The translations under genes were made by a program, and so were the position numbers. Source: Acidobacteriota bacterium (GTDB lineage: Bacteria > Acidobacteriota > UBA6911 > RPQK01 > CBDAPI01). Taken from it: a stretch of 64,000 nucleotides of DNA. Below the pieces are notes generated by a model, which did no database searches, was not told where the DNA came from, and saw nothing but the letters and a program-made list of their open reading frames with translations. This document shows positions 8,927 through 19,488 of the stretch, piece after piece (position 1 is the first letter of the stretch; each line of letters opens with the position of its first letter). The stretch lies in assembly GCA_965248635.1 (NCBI GenBank), contig OZ252114.1, positions 3,103,309-3,167,308 on the forward strand, read 5' to 3'.

Positions 8927-10300
8927 ATGATGAAGCTGCGACACATTCTTGGACTTCTGGCTGCATCGCTTTTGCCCTTGACCGCGCTCCTGATGGCTTA
9001 CTCCGGTGGGCCCTTGCCCCGGCTAACCGGCGGATTCGAAGAGGAGACCTGCCTGCAGTGTCACAAGGACTTCTTATTGAACGAAGGCCGGACCCTGGGC
9101 GGCGTTTTCTATTTGCGTGGAGTCCCCGGCCGATACCAGCCGGGTGAAACCTACTTGATTACTGTTGTCATCGGTCAGCCGGGACAGCAGCGCTGGGGGT
9201 TTGAACTCTCCGCCCGCTTTACAGGCAGCAGGCAACAGGCCGGGCAACTGGTCCCCGCCGACGACCATTCCCAGGTTCAGACTGCGGCTCGGGTTCAGTA
9301 TGCCTCCCACACTGAGGCGGGGTCCAGAAAGGGTCTGCAGCATGGCCCGGTCGAGTTCACCGTGAACTGGATCGCACCCGATCAGGCCCTGGGCGATGTC
9401 CTCTTCAACGCCGCGGGGAATGCAGCCAATGGAGACGACAATACAACCGATGACTATGTCTACACGGCCAGTGGTTATTCGATACCTGCTGACCAGGTGG
9501 AGATCCTCCCGGTCGTCCAGCGACAGGAGCCCTCATCCGAGCCTCGCCAGACCCGAAGGCTCAATGAGGACCCGCGCCTCGTCCACGTGGGCGCTCCCCT
9601 TAACCTGAACCGGGGAAACGTCGAAATTCTGATTCAGCACCGCTTCCTGGGGACGATCCTCGATGATGGGTCTGTGGACGCCGGAAACGCTTTCGGACTT
9701 GATTTTGGAGCCAATATCAAGCTGGGGATGACCTACGCGTTGACCGACCGGGTCAGCGTCGGAGTCTCGCGTGAACGTTTCGACCAGCGGGTCGGATTCA
9801 GCAGCACTGTGGAGCTCCTGACCGAGAAGGAATCTCCCTTCAAGATCGCCGTTCGCGGCGGAATGGAGGGCGAAGGCAATTTCGGGAGACATTACACCGG
9901 ATTTATCGAAGTTCCGGCGCAATGGGATTACAAGGCTTTCCGTCTCCATGCAACCCCGATCGCTGTCTTCAATTCACGCTCCGATCTGGAGGCTGAGTTT
10001 CGTCCCGGGGCCATCAACGGAGACAAAAACCACACCTTCTCACTGGGTGTGGGGACGGACATCGCCTTCAATCGACGTCTTTCCCTGGTCGGGGAGTACA
10101 TTCCACGCCTGGCCGGGTTCGGCGGCTTTGGCAACGATCGGGCCTCCCTGGCCGGCGGCGTAAAGATCAGAACGAGGCGACACGTCTTTCAGATAATGAT
10201 CACCAACAATCGCTTCATGAGCCCAAGCCGTTACGCGGTCAACGCCACTACCACCGACTACGCCTTCGGTTTCAACATCTACCGGAGGTTTGGGAGGTAG
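8927..10300 (+). CDS. secreted monoheme c-type cytochrome (single CxxCH) fused to a predicted C-terminal beta-barrel; Cyc2-like outer-membrane cytochrome-porin candidate
   Basis: Signal peptide, then CLQCH heme-binding motif at residues about 42-46. The C-terminal ~260 aa show alternating hydrophobic beta-strand patterns and end in an aromatic residue (…NIYRRFGR), consistent with an outer-membrane barrel. Size is 457 aa. Confidence 0.5.
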   Translation: MMKLRHILGLLAASLLPLTALLMAYSGGPLPRLTGGFEEETCLQCHKDFLLNEGRTLGGVFYLRGVPGRYQPGETYLITVVIGQPGQQRWGFELSARFTGSRQQAGQLVPADDHSQVQTAARVQYASHTEAGSRKGLQHGPVEFTVNWIAPDQALGDVLFNAAGNAANGDDNTTDDYVYTASGYSIPADQVEILPVVQRQEPSSEPRQTRRLNEDPRLVHVGAPLNLNRGNVEILIQHRFLGTILDDGSVDAGNAFGLDFGANIKLGMTYALTDRVSVGVSRERFDQRVGFSSTVELLTEKESPFKIAVRGGMEGEGNFGRHYTGFIEVPAQWDYKAFRLHATPIAVFNSRSDLEAEFRPGAINGDKNHTFSLGVGTDIAFNRRLSLVGEYIPRLAGFGGFGNDRASLAGGVKIRTRRHVFQIMITNNRFMSPSRYAVNATTTDYAFGFNIYRRFGR

Positions 10301-10302
10301 GT

Positions 10303-10550
10303 TCCAATGTTTCAAGGTTCCAACGTTCCAAGGTTCCAACGTTCCAAGGTTCCAACGTGCACCTCTTTTCCGCGTTACCGGCAAGGATGGAACCCCTCTG
10401 GGGTGCAGGAACGGTCAGGGGATGACCCTCCGTAGTTCGAACCGTGGGTCGGCGGACTGTCTTCCATTTGCGGTACAGATGCAAGTGTTGCTCTTGGCCT
10501 TCCGGCCTTGGAACTTTGGAACTCTGGAACGTTGGAACCTTGTTGCTAGT
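10303..10550. repeat. tandem GGTTCCAA octamer array (about 7 copies) and an inverted TTGGAAC array (about 4 copies) forming a long imperfect palindrome around a ~130-nt spacer
   Basis: Directly visible: ggttccaatgtttcaaggttccaacgttccaaggttccaacgttccaaggttccaacg … ccttggaactttggaactctggaacgttggaacctt. Confidence 0.85.
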
Positions 10551-10714
10551 GCAGCCCGCCATAAGTTCTGACCCAGCTTCAGGCGCCCCTCCCCGCCACT
10601 GGCGTTGTTGCGCTCGCTCGCCATATAGCTGGATATGACTCGCTCCCGACGCCTAGCCAGCGACGACGATTGACGCGCTGACCCTGGATCAGAACTTATG
10701 GCGAGATGCACTAG
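10545..10714. repeat. MITE-like element with 26-bp imperfect terminal inverted repeats
   Basis: ctagtgcagcccgccataagttctga (about 10545-10570) and tcagaacttatggcgagatgcactag (about 10689-10714) are reverse complements with 2 mismatches. The ~118-bp core is non-coding. Confidence 0.4.
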
Positions 10715-10718
10715 TGCA

Positions 10719-11426
10719 CTAGATCCCGTGGACCGGCTCCGCCCGCTGCTGGGTTTGAAGCACACCCTTTTCGAGATCATGCCTGGTCCCGGCAAAGGCG
10801 GCCGCCTTCGGGTCGTGGGTCACCATGACGATGGTCTTCCCAAACTCCTGGTTCAGGGCAGCCAGAATATCCAGCACGGCCCTGGCAGAGTCGGCATCCA
10901 GATCTCCGGTGGGCTCATCTGCGAGAATCAGCCGGGGATCGGTCACAATCGCTCGTGCGATGGCCACGCGCTGCTCCTCCCCTCCCGAGAGTTGCCGGGG
11001 ATAGTGGCTGGCGCGCTCGGTGAGGTCCACCAACCGCAAGGCCGTCTCCACGTGCAGCCGCCGTTCCGACTTGGAAAGCGAGGTCAGCAACAGGGGCAAC
11101 TCCACGTTCTCAAGGGCAGTGAGCACCGGAATCAGATTGAAGTGCTGAAAGACGAAGCCGATGTTCCGGTTCCTCCAGGTGGCCAGCTGATCTTCGGTCA
11201 GGCCCACCAGTTCGGTCCCCAGCACCTGAAGGCTGCCCGAGGTGGGGCGATCGATGCCGGCCATCAGGTTGAGAAGCGTCGTTTTTCCAGAACCCGATGG
11301 ACCCATCAGGCTCACGAACTCGCCTTCTCGGATCTCCAGGTTGATGTTCTCCAGGGCGACGATGTGCTGAGCTCCCTTGGTGAAGACTTTCCCCAGCTCT
11401 CTGACTTGGACCAGCGCACTGCTCAT
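10719..11426 (-). CDS. ABC transporter ATP-binding protein (MacB/LolD-type)
   Basis: Walker [10 protein letters not shown], signature [14 protein letters not shown], Walker [12 protein letters not shown]. Confidence 0.85.
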   Translation of the reverse strand: MSSALVQVRELGKVFTKGAQHIVALENINLEIREGEFVSLMGPSGSGKTTLLNLMAGIDRPTSGSLQVLGTELVGLTEDQLATWRNRNIGFVFQHFNLIPVLTALENVELPLLLTSLSKSERRLHVETALRLVDLTERASHYPRQLSGGEEQRVAIARAIVTDPRLILADEPTGDLDADSARAVLDILAALNQEFGKTIVMVTHDPKAAAFAGTRHDLEKGVLQTQQRAEPVHGI

Positions 11427-11459
11427 TTTGACAATCCTCCGCTTGCCTGACGGCAAGAG

Positions 11460-12584
11460 TCACTGCTCATTTTCCTGGGGTTTGAAAAACTTGACCTCGG
11501 CATCCATCTCCGGGCGCAGATAGGAGTCCGGTTCCAGTATCTGAACCTTTACCTGGATGGTGGCTCTCTGCCGGTTGGCTTCTGGAGCGATCTCGGAAAC
11601 CCCGCAGGCGTATTCTCTTTCGGGATAGGCCATCGGCGACATCTCGCAGCCGTTGCGTTCATCGATGTGGTGGAAATCCGACTGGCTGATTTCCAGTTCC
11701 ACCTCGAGGTCGGCCAGGTCGGCGAGTGCTACGACCACCGCACCCCCGGCAAAAGACGTAGATACCATCTCGCCCTCTTCGGCCACTCTCTCGAGTACCG
11801 TTCCTGACACCGGCGCCCTTATTTCCGTGAGGGCAAGTTGGGTTTCCCAGTAGCGCACCGTCGCACGCGCTCTTGCCAGCTCTCCCCTGGCGGAAGCAAT
11901 CTCTTCCTGGCGGGGCCCCAGTACTGACAGCCGGTGGATTTTGTCGGCCACTCCTACAGTCGCCCGCGCCATGTCCTCCCGGGAAGCCGCGTCATCCAGC
12001 ATCTGGTCCGAAATGACTCCGCTATCCTGCAGTGCCCGGAGGCGACGATGCTCCAGCGAAGCGTTGCGGAGATCGGCCCTGGCCCGCTCCAGCTCCGCTG
12101 CGGCCCGCTCGATCTCCTCGGGGCGGGTGCCGGCTTCCAGCTCCTGAAGTTGGGCGGCTGCTGTAGCCTGGGACGCAACAGCCTGGTCGTGCTGGGCTTG
12201 GAACTCCCTGTCATCCAGCTTCACGAGGAGTTGACCCTTCTCGACCAGATCTGCCTTTTCCACGCCGACCCACAAAATCTTGCCGACAATTCTGGACCCC
12301 ACTTCGATTCGATGGTGGGGCACGATATAGCCCGAAGCAATCAGGACGGGCTCTCCGGCCCCAAGGGGCAACGGCTCGGGCCGCGAAGCCACATCCATCT
12401 CGGCTGCCGCCACCAACTGGGCGGGCGCCTCCCGGTCGGAAAAGTATATTTGGAAAGCGGAAAAAGTGAGGACAGCTCCCATAAAGAGACCCATCAGAAG
12501 AAGCAGCCACGAGGCCGGGCCGCGAGAGCCGGACCTCTTTTGATCTCGATCGATGCGCAGGGCTTTCAGGTCCTCTCTCATCAT
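11460..12584 (-). CDS. HlyD/MacA-family periplasmic adaptor (membrane fusion protein)
   Basis: N-terminal transmembrane helix, coiled-coil, beta-barrel and lipoyl-like segments. Its ATG overlaps the stop of the upstream permease (ATGA). Confidence 0.8.
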   Translation of the reverse strand: MMREDLKALRIDRDQKRSGSRGPASWLLLLMGLFMGAVLTFSAFQIYFSDREAPAQLVAAAEMDVASRPEPLPLGAGEPVLIASGYIVPHHRIEVGSRIVGKILWVGVEKADLVEKGQLLVKLDDREFQAQHDQAVASQATAAAQLQELEAGTRPEEIERAAAELERARADLRNASLEHRRLRALQDSGVISDQMLDDAASREDMARATVGVADKIHRLSVLGPRQEEIASARGELARARATVRYWETQLALTEIRAPVSGTVLERVAEEGEMVSTSFAGGAVVVALADLADLEVELEISQSDFHHIDERNGCEMSPMAYPEREYACGVSEIAPEANRQRATIQVKVQILEPDSYLRPEMDAEVKFFKPQENEQ

Positions 12585-13741
12585 CAGTCTCTCAGTACCT
12601 CAACCAGCTTCAGCCGGGCGGCACGCAAAGCGGGGAAGAAGCCTCCCAGCACACCCACCACAGCCGAGTAGAGAACGGCTTTCAAGAGGATGTCTGGAGT
12701 GATACGAAAGTTGAACAGGACTTCGGTAAACAAAGTGAAATTGGTCGTCCCCGTCGATATCCCGTGCACGGGGAGCGCCAGTACACAACCGATCACACCA
12801 CCCAGAACCGCCAGTAGAATCGCTTCCATGAGAAAGGATGCAAGAATGCTGCTGCGCCTGAAGCCAATCGATCTCAGGGTGCCGACCTCCTTGAAGCGGG
12901 TCATGATCGTTCCGTACATCATGTTCATGGCGGCGAAGCAAGACCCGATTCCCATCACCACCGCCAGGAACCAGCCCAGCGCCTTGATTCCCATCGAACT
13001 CGTGGCCTGCTGCGCATAGTAGTCTCTTTGAGGCATCGCCATGAGCTGAATCCGTCGATCCTCGCCAACCCTGTTCTGAAACTCCCTGGCGGTCTCGGTT
13101 CCGGTGGTTCGAACCAGAATGGAGGTGTAGATCGGCCGGGTCCAAGCCTGAGCGATTTCGTCATAATCGCCCCAGATCTCGGAGTTGTAAGCGGACCCTC
13201 CCGCCTTGAAAACACCCACAACCTTCCATTCTCGTCCTGCCGTTGCCAACTGGTCGCCGAGCTCCATGTCTTGAAAGCGGTTGGCCAGAGAACGGCTTAC
13301 GATGATCTCGCGCAGCCCTTTTCGAAAGAACCTGCCCTCTACCATCTCGATTTCAGGGCGCATGGCCAGGCCCAGGGGCGTGGTGCCCCGGACCATCACG
13401 TTTGAATCTTCACCGCTGTGCCGGGGATAGTTAATGACGACAACGATTTCACCCACTGCCAGGGGCTCTCCATCCTCTCCTTTCGCCACCCCTGGAAGAC
13501 GCCGAATGGTGGGAAAATAATCACGGTTGAAGTAGCTGTTGGTTTCGACTTCAGAACCCTTGCGGAGGACAATCACGTCGTGTTCCTGTCCCGTTTCCAG
13601 GAACGTACCTTCCAACCCCCGGACCAAGGCCATCATGGTCACGAGAACCGCCACCGTAAGACCGATGCCGAAGGCTGTCATCAGGGTGCCGACCTTCCGG
13701 ACCCAGAGGCTTCGAAGATTGTATTTAAGGGGTATCTTCAT
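12584..13741 (-). CDS. ABC transporter permease, FtsX/MacB-like
   Basis: MacB-type N-terminal TM helix plus large periplasmic domain and a C-terminal FtsX four-TM domain. Start refined to MKIPLKYNL. Confidence 0.8.
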   Translation of the reverse strand: MKIPLKYNLRSLWVRKVGTLMTAFGIGLTVAVLVTMMALVRGLEGTFLETGQEHDVIVLRKGSEVETNSYFNRDYFPTIRRLPGVAKGEDGEPLAVGEIVVVINYPRHSGEDSNVMVRGTTPLGLAMRPEIEMVEGRFFRKGLREIIVSRSLANRFQDMELGDQLATAGREWKVVGVFKAGGSAYNSEIWGDYDEIAQAWTRPIYTSILVRTTGTETAREFQNRVGEDRRIQLMAMPQRDYYAQQATSSMGIKALGWFLAVVMGIGSCFAAMNMMYGTIMTRFKEVGTLRSIGFRRSSILASFLMEAILLAVLGGVIGCVLALPVHGISTGTTNFTLFTEVLFNFRITPDILLKAVLYSAVVGVLGGFFPALRAARLKLVEVLRD

Positions 13742-13760
13742 GACTGCCACCCTTCTGTCG

Positions 13761-14927
13761 TCAAGCCACGTTGCGAATGGCTTGCACCACCGGCCGGTTG
13801 GCCGCTCGATAAGCGGGGATCCCTGCGGCCAGAAAACCAACCAGCGCGCCGATGCCTGTGCAAGCGAGAAGAATCCCCAATCCGATGGTCAGGTTCGGCA
13901 CCATCCCGCCACTTTGCATAGCCAGATTTGTGTTGCCAAGAAGCAGTCGAGCCAGGCCGGCCCCCAGGGCAGATCCGATGAAAGCCAGGAGGACGGATTC
14001 GAACAGCAACAGCCGCAACACTTGAATGCGGCGAAAACCCAGGGCCTTCATGATCCCGATTTCCCGGGTTCTCTCCCGGATGGACATGGCCATCGTGTTG
14101 GCGGCCACCAGGATGACGGCAAAAAGAATGGCCGTGCAAATTCCACTGATCAGGAGCTGGACATTACCCAGCATGTTGAGGAACCCGAGGATGAATGCCT
14201 TCTCGGTTTCCGTCTTGGTGGGCCCTCTGGAGTTCTGGAACAGCGCATCCACTTTCTCGGCAATGCGGGGTACGTCCTCGGCCGAGCGAGCTCGAATGGT
14301 GAAGGTACCCGTAAACGAATCGCCGATGCCGGCCGCCTTGATCACCTCGTCAAAGTAGTCCCAGTGATAAAAGATGCTGCCTCCCTGGTCTCCTCCTCCC
14401 TCGTAGATGCCGCGGACATTCAGCTCCAGGGGTTCGATGGGCCACAGATTCGACCGGGTGTGAATCCGATCTCCGATCTTCCACCCAAAGGTGTCGGCCA
14501 CCACATTTCCTACGATCGCCCCGGCACGATCCTCCAGGAAGGCCTCTTTCTGGTCATCGGGCAGCGAGATGTCCGGATTAACTTCGAAGAACTGATCCGT
14601 GTCGACGGCGAACTGGGCCAGCATCTGATCCACGCCCTTGTTGTCGTACATCCCACCAAACCACATGGAGCCGATCACGGTCTCGACTCCCTCTACCGCG
14701 GCAATTTTCTCCCGGTGGCCAACCGGCAGAGTGTTGAACAGTGAGATCTTGTGACGGGTGATCAGGCGCAGAGCCGAATCAGGGGTCTCCACGGGATTGG
14801 TGAGTCCGTCCAGGAGAGAAATGAGGACTGCCACCAGGAAAATCGAAGCGGCAATACTGCTGACGGTGAGCGCGGTTCTCAACTTGTTCCGGAACAGGTT
14901 CTTGAGCAAGAGCCGGAAAAATTTCAT
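13761..14927 (-). CDS. ABC transporter permease, FtsX/MacB-like (second copy)
   Basis: Same architecture as the first permease. Start refined to MKFFRLLLKNLF. Confidence 0.8.
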   Translation of the reverse strand: MKFFRLLLKNLFRNKLRTALTVSSIAASIFLVAVLISLLDGLTNPVETPDSALRLITRHKISLFNTLPVGHREKIAAVEGVETVIGSMWFGGMYDNKGVDQMLAQFAVDTDQFFEVNPDISLPDDQKEAFLEDRAGAIVGNVVADTFGWKIGDRIHTRSNLWPIEPLELNVRGIYEGGGDQGGSIFYHWDYFDEVIKAAGIGDSFTGTFTIRARSAEDVPRIAEKVDALFQNSRGPTKTETEKAFILGFLNMLGNVQLLISGICTAILFAVILVAANTMAMSIRERTREIGIMKALGFRRIQVLRLLLFESVLLAFIGSALGAGLARLLLGNTNLAMQSGGMVPNLTIGLGILLACTGIGALVGFLAAGIPAYRAANRPVVQAIRNVA

Positions 14928-15118
14928 ACAGGATCCTCTTACACTGCCAGTATACGATTGGGCAGGGGCATCTTGTTCAATGGCTCCATAAATGGTCGGC
15001 TGGTCTGCTCGACAGGACAAGGGAGCGGATCTGCCGCGTTCTCATCCTGCCATTCTAAGTGCTCCCTGGATAGAACACACGAGGCGCTCTCGCTATAATC
15101 TCTCTTTTTGGTCGAACC

Positions 15119-16396
15119 ATGGCGATCCGGTCAATACAGGGAACACATGACATTCTCCCCGGCACAGTAGAGGTCTGGCAGCGCATCGAAGACACGATCC
15201 GCAGCGTCTTTGGCAGGTACGGCTTTGCGGAAATACGGACTCCCGTTCTGGAGTGGACAGAGCTGTTTGCCCGTGGGATCGGCAGCGCAACGGAGCTGGT
15301 TCAGAAGGAGATGTACTCGCTGACGGACAGCAAAGGAAGGAGCATCACGCTTCGTCCTGAAGGAACGGCTCCGGTGATTCGCTCTTACATTGAGCATCGT
15401 CTGGATCGGGCGGCTTCTGTGAATCGGCTCTACTACATCGGTCCGATGTTTCGCCACGAGCGTCCCCAGAAGGGCCGCTACCGCCAGTTTCACCAGCTGG
15501 GGATTGAGGTGATCGGCTCCCAGAGCCCAGTCGTGGAGGCCGAGGTGATCGAAGCTGTTGTCCGCTTTCTCAACGAACTCGGACTTCAGCGCTTCGATCT
15601 TGTGGTCAACTCGGTGGGAGATGCGAACTGCCGGCCGGCCTACGTCAAAACGCTGGCCGCGGCCATGGAGCCCCTGCTGGAGGAGTTTTGCGGGCAGTGT
15701 CAGACCAGGCACAAGACGAATCCGCTCAGGATCTTTGACTGTAAGGTCCCTTCCTGCCGCAAGCTGCTGCCCAGGCTGCCCCGGCTCATTGACCATCTTT
15801 GCGAAGACTGCCGCCGGCACCACCAGGAATTCTTGAAGTGGCTGGAGACTCTTGAAATCAATTTCATTGAGGATCCGACGCTGGTTAGAGGCCTTGACTA
15901 TTACGTGAGAACGACTTTCGAACTGATCAGTGAGGAGCTGGGTCCGACCCAGAACGCCATCCTGGGAGGAGGCCGCTACGATGGCCTCTCTGAACTGCTG
16001 GGAGGACCTCGGGCCCCGGCTTACGGTTTTGCGCTGGGACTAGAACGGCTGGTTCTGCTGCTCAGCGAGCAGGGAGAAGAAAACCTCGATTTTTCAATGC
16101 CGGCTCCCGATCTTTTCCTGGCCTACCTGGACGACAACTCGCTGAAAGAGTGTGTTCTCATGGCGACTCGGCTGCGGGGCCTAGGGTTCTACGTCTACGT
16201 GGACTATGAGGGCCGTTCTCTTCGTGCCCAGCTGCGTCTGGCCAACCGATTGAAGTGCAGGTTCAGTTGTGTCATTGGCGAAGAGGAGATGGCAACTGGC
16301 AGGGTTAAGCTCAAGCGGATGTCGGATGGCGAGCAGACTGAGACTGAGACCACAGAAATAGACACGATTCTGAGCCAACAGAAAGCAAACCGATGA
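15119..16396 (+). CDS. hisS: histidine--tRNA ligase
   Basis: Class II aaRS motifs and HisRS N-terminus (…[10 protein letters not shown]…, [13 protein letters not shown]). Confidence 0.9.
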   Translation: MAIRSIQGTHDILPGTVEVWQRIEDTIRSVFGRYGFAEIRTPVLEWTELFARGIGSATELVQKEMYSLTDSKGRSITLRPEGTAPVIRSYIEHRLDRAASVNRLYYIGPMFRHERPQKGRYRQFHQLGIEVIGSQSPVVEAEVIEAVVRFLNELGLQRFDLVVNSVGDANCRPAYVKTLAAAMEPLLEEFCGQCQTRHKTNPLRIFDCKVPSCRKLLPRLPRLIDHLCEDCRRHHQEFLKWLETLEINFIEDPTLVRGLDYYVRTTFELISEELGPTQNAILGGGRYDGLSELLGGPRAPAYGFALGLERLVLLLSEQGEENLDFSMPAPDLFLAYLDDNSLKECVLMATRLRGLGFYVYVDYEGRSLRAQLRLANRLKCRFSCVIGEEEMATGRVKLKRMSDGEQTETETTEIDTILSQQKANR

Positions 16397-18177
16397 GCAG
16401 CGGCCACACCGACCCTCTGGGGGACCTACAGCGCACTGAGTACTGCGGTCACCTGCGCCTGCAACATGTTGGTCAGGAAATGACTGTCATGGGATGGGTT
16501 GACAGGCGCCGCGATCTGGGAGGACTGATCTTCATCGATTTGCGGGACAGAGAAGGCGTCGTCCAGGTCGTCGTCCATCCAGATCGGACCGACATCCTTG
16601 AGAAGTCAAAGCTTCTCCGATCCGAGTACGTACTGGCGGTAACGGGAAAAGTGGTGGAACGATCCAAGGACACCGTGAACCCCGAGATAGCCACCGGAAA
16701 AGTTGAAATACAGGCCGAATTCATTCACTTGCTGGCCACCTCCAAAACTCCGCCTTTTCCGATCAACAAAGAAGCCACCACGGCTGAAGAGAATCGGCTG
16801 CGCCATCGCTATCTCGACCTGAGGCGCCCGCGGCTGCAGCGCAATCTTCGGCTCCGGCATCAGGTCTGCATGGTCGTTCGGAATCATCTCGACGCCCGCG
16901 GGTTTCTCGAGATCGAGACTCCCTTTCTTACCAAATCGACTCCCGAAGGTGCCCGCGACTATCTTGTTCCCAGCCGCGTCTATCCCGGCGAGTTCTATGC
17001 CCTTCCCCAGTCACCCCAGATCTTCAAGCAGTTGTTGATGGTCTCCGGCCTCGACAAATACTTTCAGATCGTTCGTTGTTTCCGGGACGAGGATCTGAGA
17101 GCCGATCGTCAACCTGAATTCACACAGGTGGACATCGAAATGTCCTTTCCACAGGAGGAGACGGTGTTCTCGGTGGTGGAGAGCCTGCTCAGGAAAATAT
17201 TCGCCGTGAATAGGATATCGGTACCCGATCAGGTGCCCAGGATGAGCTATCAGGAAGCGATCCGCCGCTACGGCACGGATCGCCCGGATACCCGTTTTTC
17301 CCTGGAACTCGTCGACCTCAGCGAGGCCTTCCTGGAGACCCCTTTCCAGGTCTTCAGAACGATTCTCGAAACCGGGGGTTCACTCAAGGGGATCTGCATT
17401 CCCGGCGCGGGTTCATTTTCGCGACGAGAAGTGGACGAACTCACCGAGTTTGTTCGAAACTTCGGCGCCCCGGCGTTGAGCTGGATCCGGCGCTCAGAGA
17501 AGGGATTGGGATCTTCTTTTCCCAAAGTAGTACCGGCGGAGGAAGTGGAAAGAGCTGCTCAGCTTGCCGGCCTCGAGGAAGGCGACATCCTGCTCATCCT
17601 GGCCGGAGAACACCAGGTCGTACATGATGGCCTGGCGGCGTTGCGCTTACATTTGGCCGAGCGACTCGACTTGATTCCCGAGAACGAGCACAGCTTTGTT
17701 TGGATTTCCGAGTTTCCTCTCATGGAATGGGACGAGAAGGAAGGCCGCTTCTTCTCCTTGCACCATCCATTCACTTCTCCGACGGACGAAACTCTGGGCC
17801 TGCTCGAATCCGACCCGGCGCAGGTTGTTGCACGAGCCTATGACATCGTCCTGAATGGGCTGGAAATCGGTGGCGGCTCGATCCGGATCCACAACCCTGC
17901 GGTGCAGCGTCAGGTTTTTGAGGCCCTTGGCATATCGAGTGAAAAGGCTAAGCAGCGCTTCGGCTTTTTGCTAGAGGCGCTCCAATATGGGGCTCCTCCG
18001 CATGGAGGAATTGCCCTGGGACTGGACCGGATCATCATGTTGCTGACGGGTGAACCGTCCATTCGCGAGGTGATTGCTTTTCCCAAGACGGCCCGGGCTC
18101 AGGATCTGATGTGCGGCGCTCCCTCAGCTGTGGACCAAAGGCAGCTCAAGGAGCTCTTTCTCAAGATTTCAGGGTGA
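16393..18177 (+). CDS. aspS: aspartate--tRNA ligase
   Basis: OB-fold N-terminal domain plus class II core ([25 protein letters not shown]). Its ATG overlaps the hisS TGA. Confidence 0.9.
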   Translation: MSSGHTDPLGDLQRTEYCGHLRLQHVGQEMTVMGWVDRRRDLGGLIFIDLRDREGVVQVVVHPDRTDILEKSKLLRSEYVLAVTGKVVERSKDTVNPEIATGKVEIQAEFIHLLATSKTPPFPINKEATTAEENRLRHRYLDLRRPRLQRNLRLRHQVCMVVRNHLDARGFLEIETPFLTKSTPEGARDYLVPSRVYPGEFYALPQSPQIFKQLLMVSGLDKYFQIVRCFRDEDLRADRQPEFTQVDIEMSFPQEETVFSVVESLLRKIFAVNRISVPDQVPRMSYQEAIRRYGTDRPDTRFSLELVDLSEAFLETPFQVFRTILETGGSLKGICIPGAGSFSRREVDELTEFVRNFGAPALSWIRRSEKGLGSSFPKVVPAEEVERAAQLAGLEEGDILLILAGEHQVVHDGLAALRLHLAERLDLIPENEHSFVWISEFPLMEWDEKEGRFFSLHHPFTSPTDETLGLLESDPAQVVARAYDIVLNGLEIGGGSIRIHNPAVQRQVFEALGISSEKAKQRFGFLLEALQYGAPPHGGIALGLDRIIMLLTGEPSIREVIAFPKTARAQDLMCGAPSAVDQRQLKELFLKISG

Positions 18178-19317
18178 ATTCGACGTCTCAGCAGCCTTGG
18201 TCGGCTCCTCGTAGGTAATCCGATAGATCACGTTCGCTTTGTCATCCGAGAGCAGCAGCGAGCCGTCGGGCAGTTCCAGAAGAGCAACCGGCCGACCCCA
18301 CGCTTCCTTTCCTTGCAGCCACCCCTCGGCAAAGACCCGGTAGTCCAGAGGTCGCCCGTCTGCAGAAAGCTCGATCAACATCACTCGGTATCCCAGGGGA
18401 ATCTCACGATTCCAGGACCCGTGCTCGACCACAAACAGCTGGTGCAAATACTGAGTGGGAAAGAGGTTCCCCCGATAGAAGTGGACAGCCAGTGCGGCCA
18501 CGTGAGCAGCCAGGTTCAGCGCCGGAGGTTCAAACTCGGAGCAGAGACGCTTTGCGCCAAACTCGGAGTCCGGTATGTAGCCGCCGTGGCAGTACGGAAA
18601 ACCAAAGTGGATTCCCTTGCGAGGGGCTCGGTTGAGTTCGTCAGGAGGAATATTTTCCCCCAGCCAGTCACGCCCGTTGTCGGTGAACCAGAGCTCACCG
18701 GTGGTCGGATGCCAGTCAAAGCCCACCGTGTTGCGCACACCCGAGGAGAAGATCTCCAGGTCGCTTCCATCGGCATTCATACGCATGATCGTGGCGTAGC
18801 GTGAATCCGCTTTCTCGCAGATATTGCAGGGCGCTCCTACCGGTACGTAGAGCATTCCATCCGGCCCGAAGGCGATGAATTTCCAGCCGTGCCACCGGTC
18901 GGCAGGAAAGCCGTCCTTCACCACCTGTGGCTCCGGTGGGTCATCCAATCGAGAGTCGATATCATCGTAGCGCAGAATGCGATCCACCTCGGCCACGTAG
19001 AGTGAGTTGCCACGGTAAGCGACTCCGTTGGGCAGGGTCATCCCGTTCGCAAGGGTAAGGACTTTTTCTGCGCGGTCGTCGCCATCCTGGTCGACCAGCG
19101 CATAGAGGTTGCCCTCCCGGCGGGTGCCCACGAAAATCGTGCCTGAGGGAGATCGGGCCATCGAGCGGGCCTCCTTGACTCCTTCAGCGTAAATCGAGAT
19201 CTGAAAGCCGGGGTCGAGAGTCACCCGGTCCACCGCGATTCGGCCCTGACCCAGCCCGACTCCCACCACGTAGAAAGCCACCAGAAGACAAACGTTTCGT
19301 CTCAGCATGAAGCGCAT
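18169..19317 (-). CDS. PQQ-dependent sugar dehydrogenase (soluble glucose/sorbosone dehydrogenase family), secreted
   Basis: Beta-propeller GSDH-family motifs. Start refined to MRFMLRRN, followed by a signal peptide. Confidence 0.75.
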   Translation of the reverse strand: MRFMLRRNVCLLVAFYVVGVGLGQGRIAVDRVTLDPGFQISIYAEGVKEARSMARSPSGTIFVGTRREGNLYALVDQDGDDRAEKVLTLANGMTLPNGVAYRGNSLYVAEVDRILRYDDIDSRLDDPPEPQVVKDGFPADRWHGWKFIAFGPDGMLYVPVGAPCNICEKADSRYATIMRMNADGSDLEIFSSGVRNTVGFDWHPTTGELWFTDNGRDWLGENIPPDELNRAPRKGIHFGFPYCHGGYIPDSEFGAKRLCSEFEPPALNLAAHVAALAVHFYRGNLFPTQYLHQLFVVEHGSWNREIPLGYRVMLIELSADGRPLDYRVFAEGWLQGKEAWGRPVALLELPDGSLLLSDDKANVIYRITYEEPTKAAETSNSP

Positions 19318-19488
19318 GAGGGAGACTCCTTCTTGCCCAATTTTATAATAATTTCTGCAATTCTCCAGTTCCCGAAAAGTGCCCCGCAAGAGTCCGGGTT
19401 CTCGCATGTTTGACAAGCCTATTCAAAGTTCCTATGATCCAGGTCTTCACTCAAGCCGGGTTGCCAAGAGATCGCTTTGTAGCTTCAG

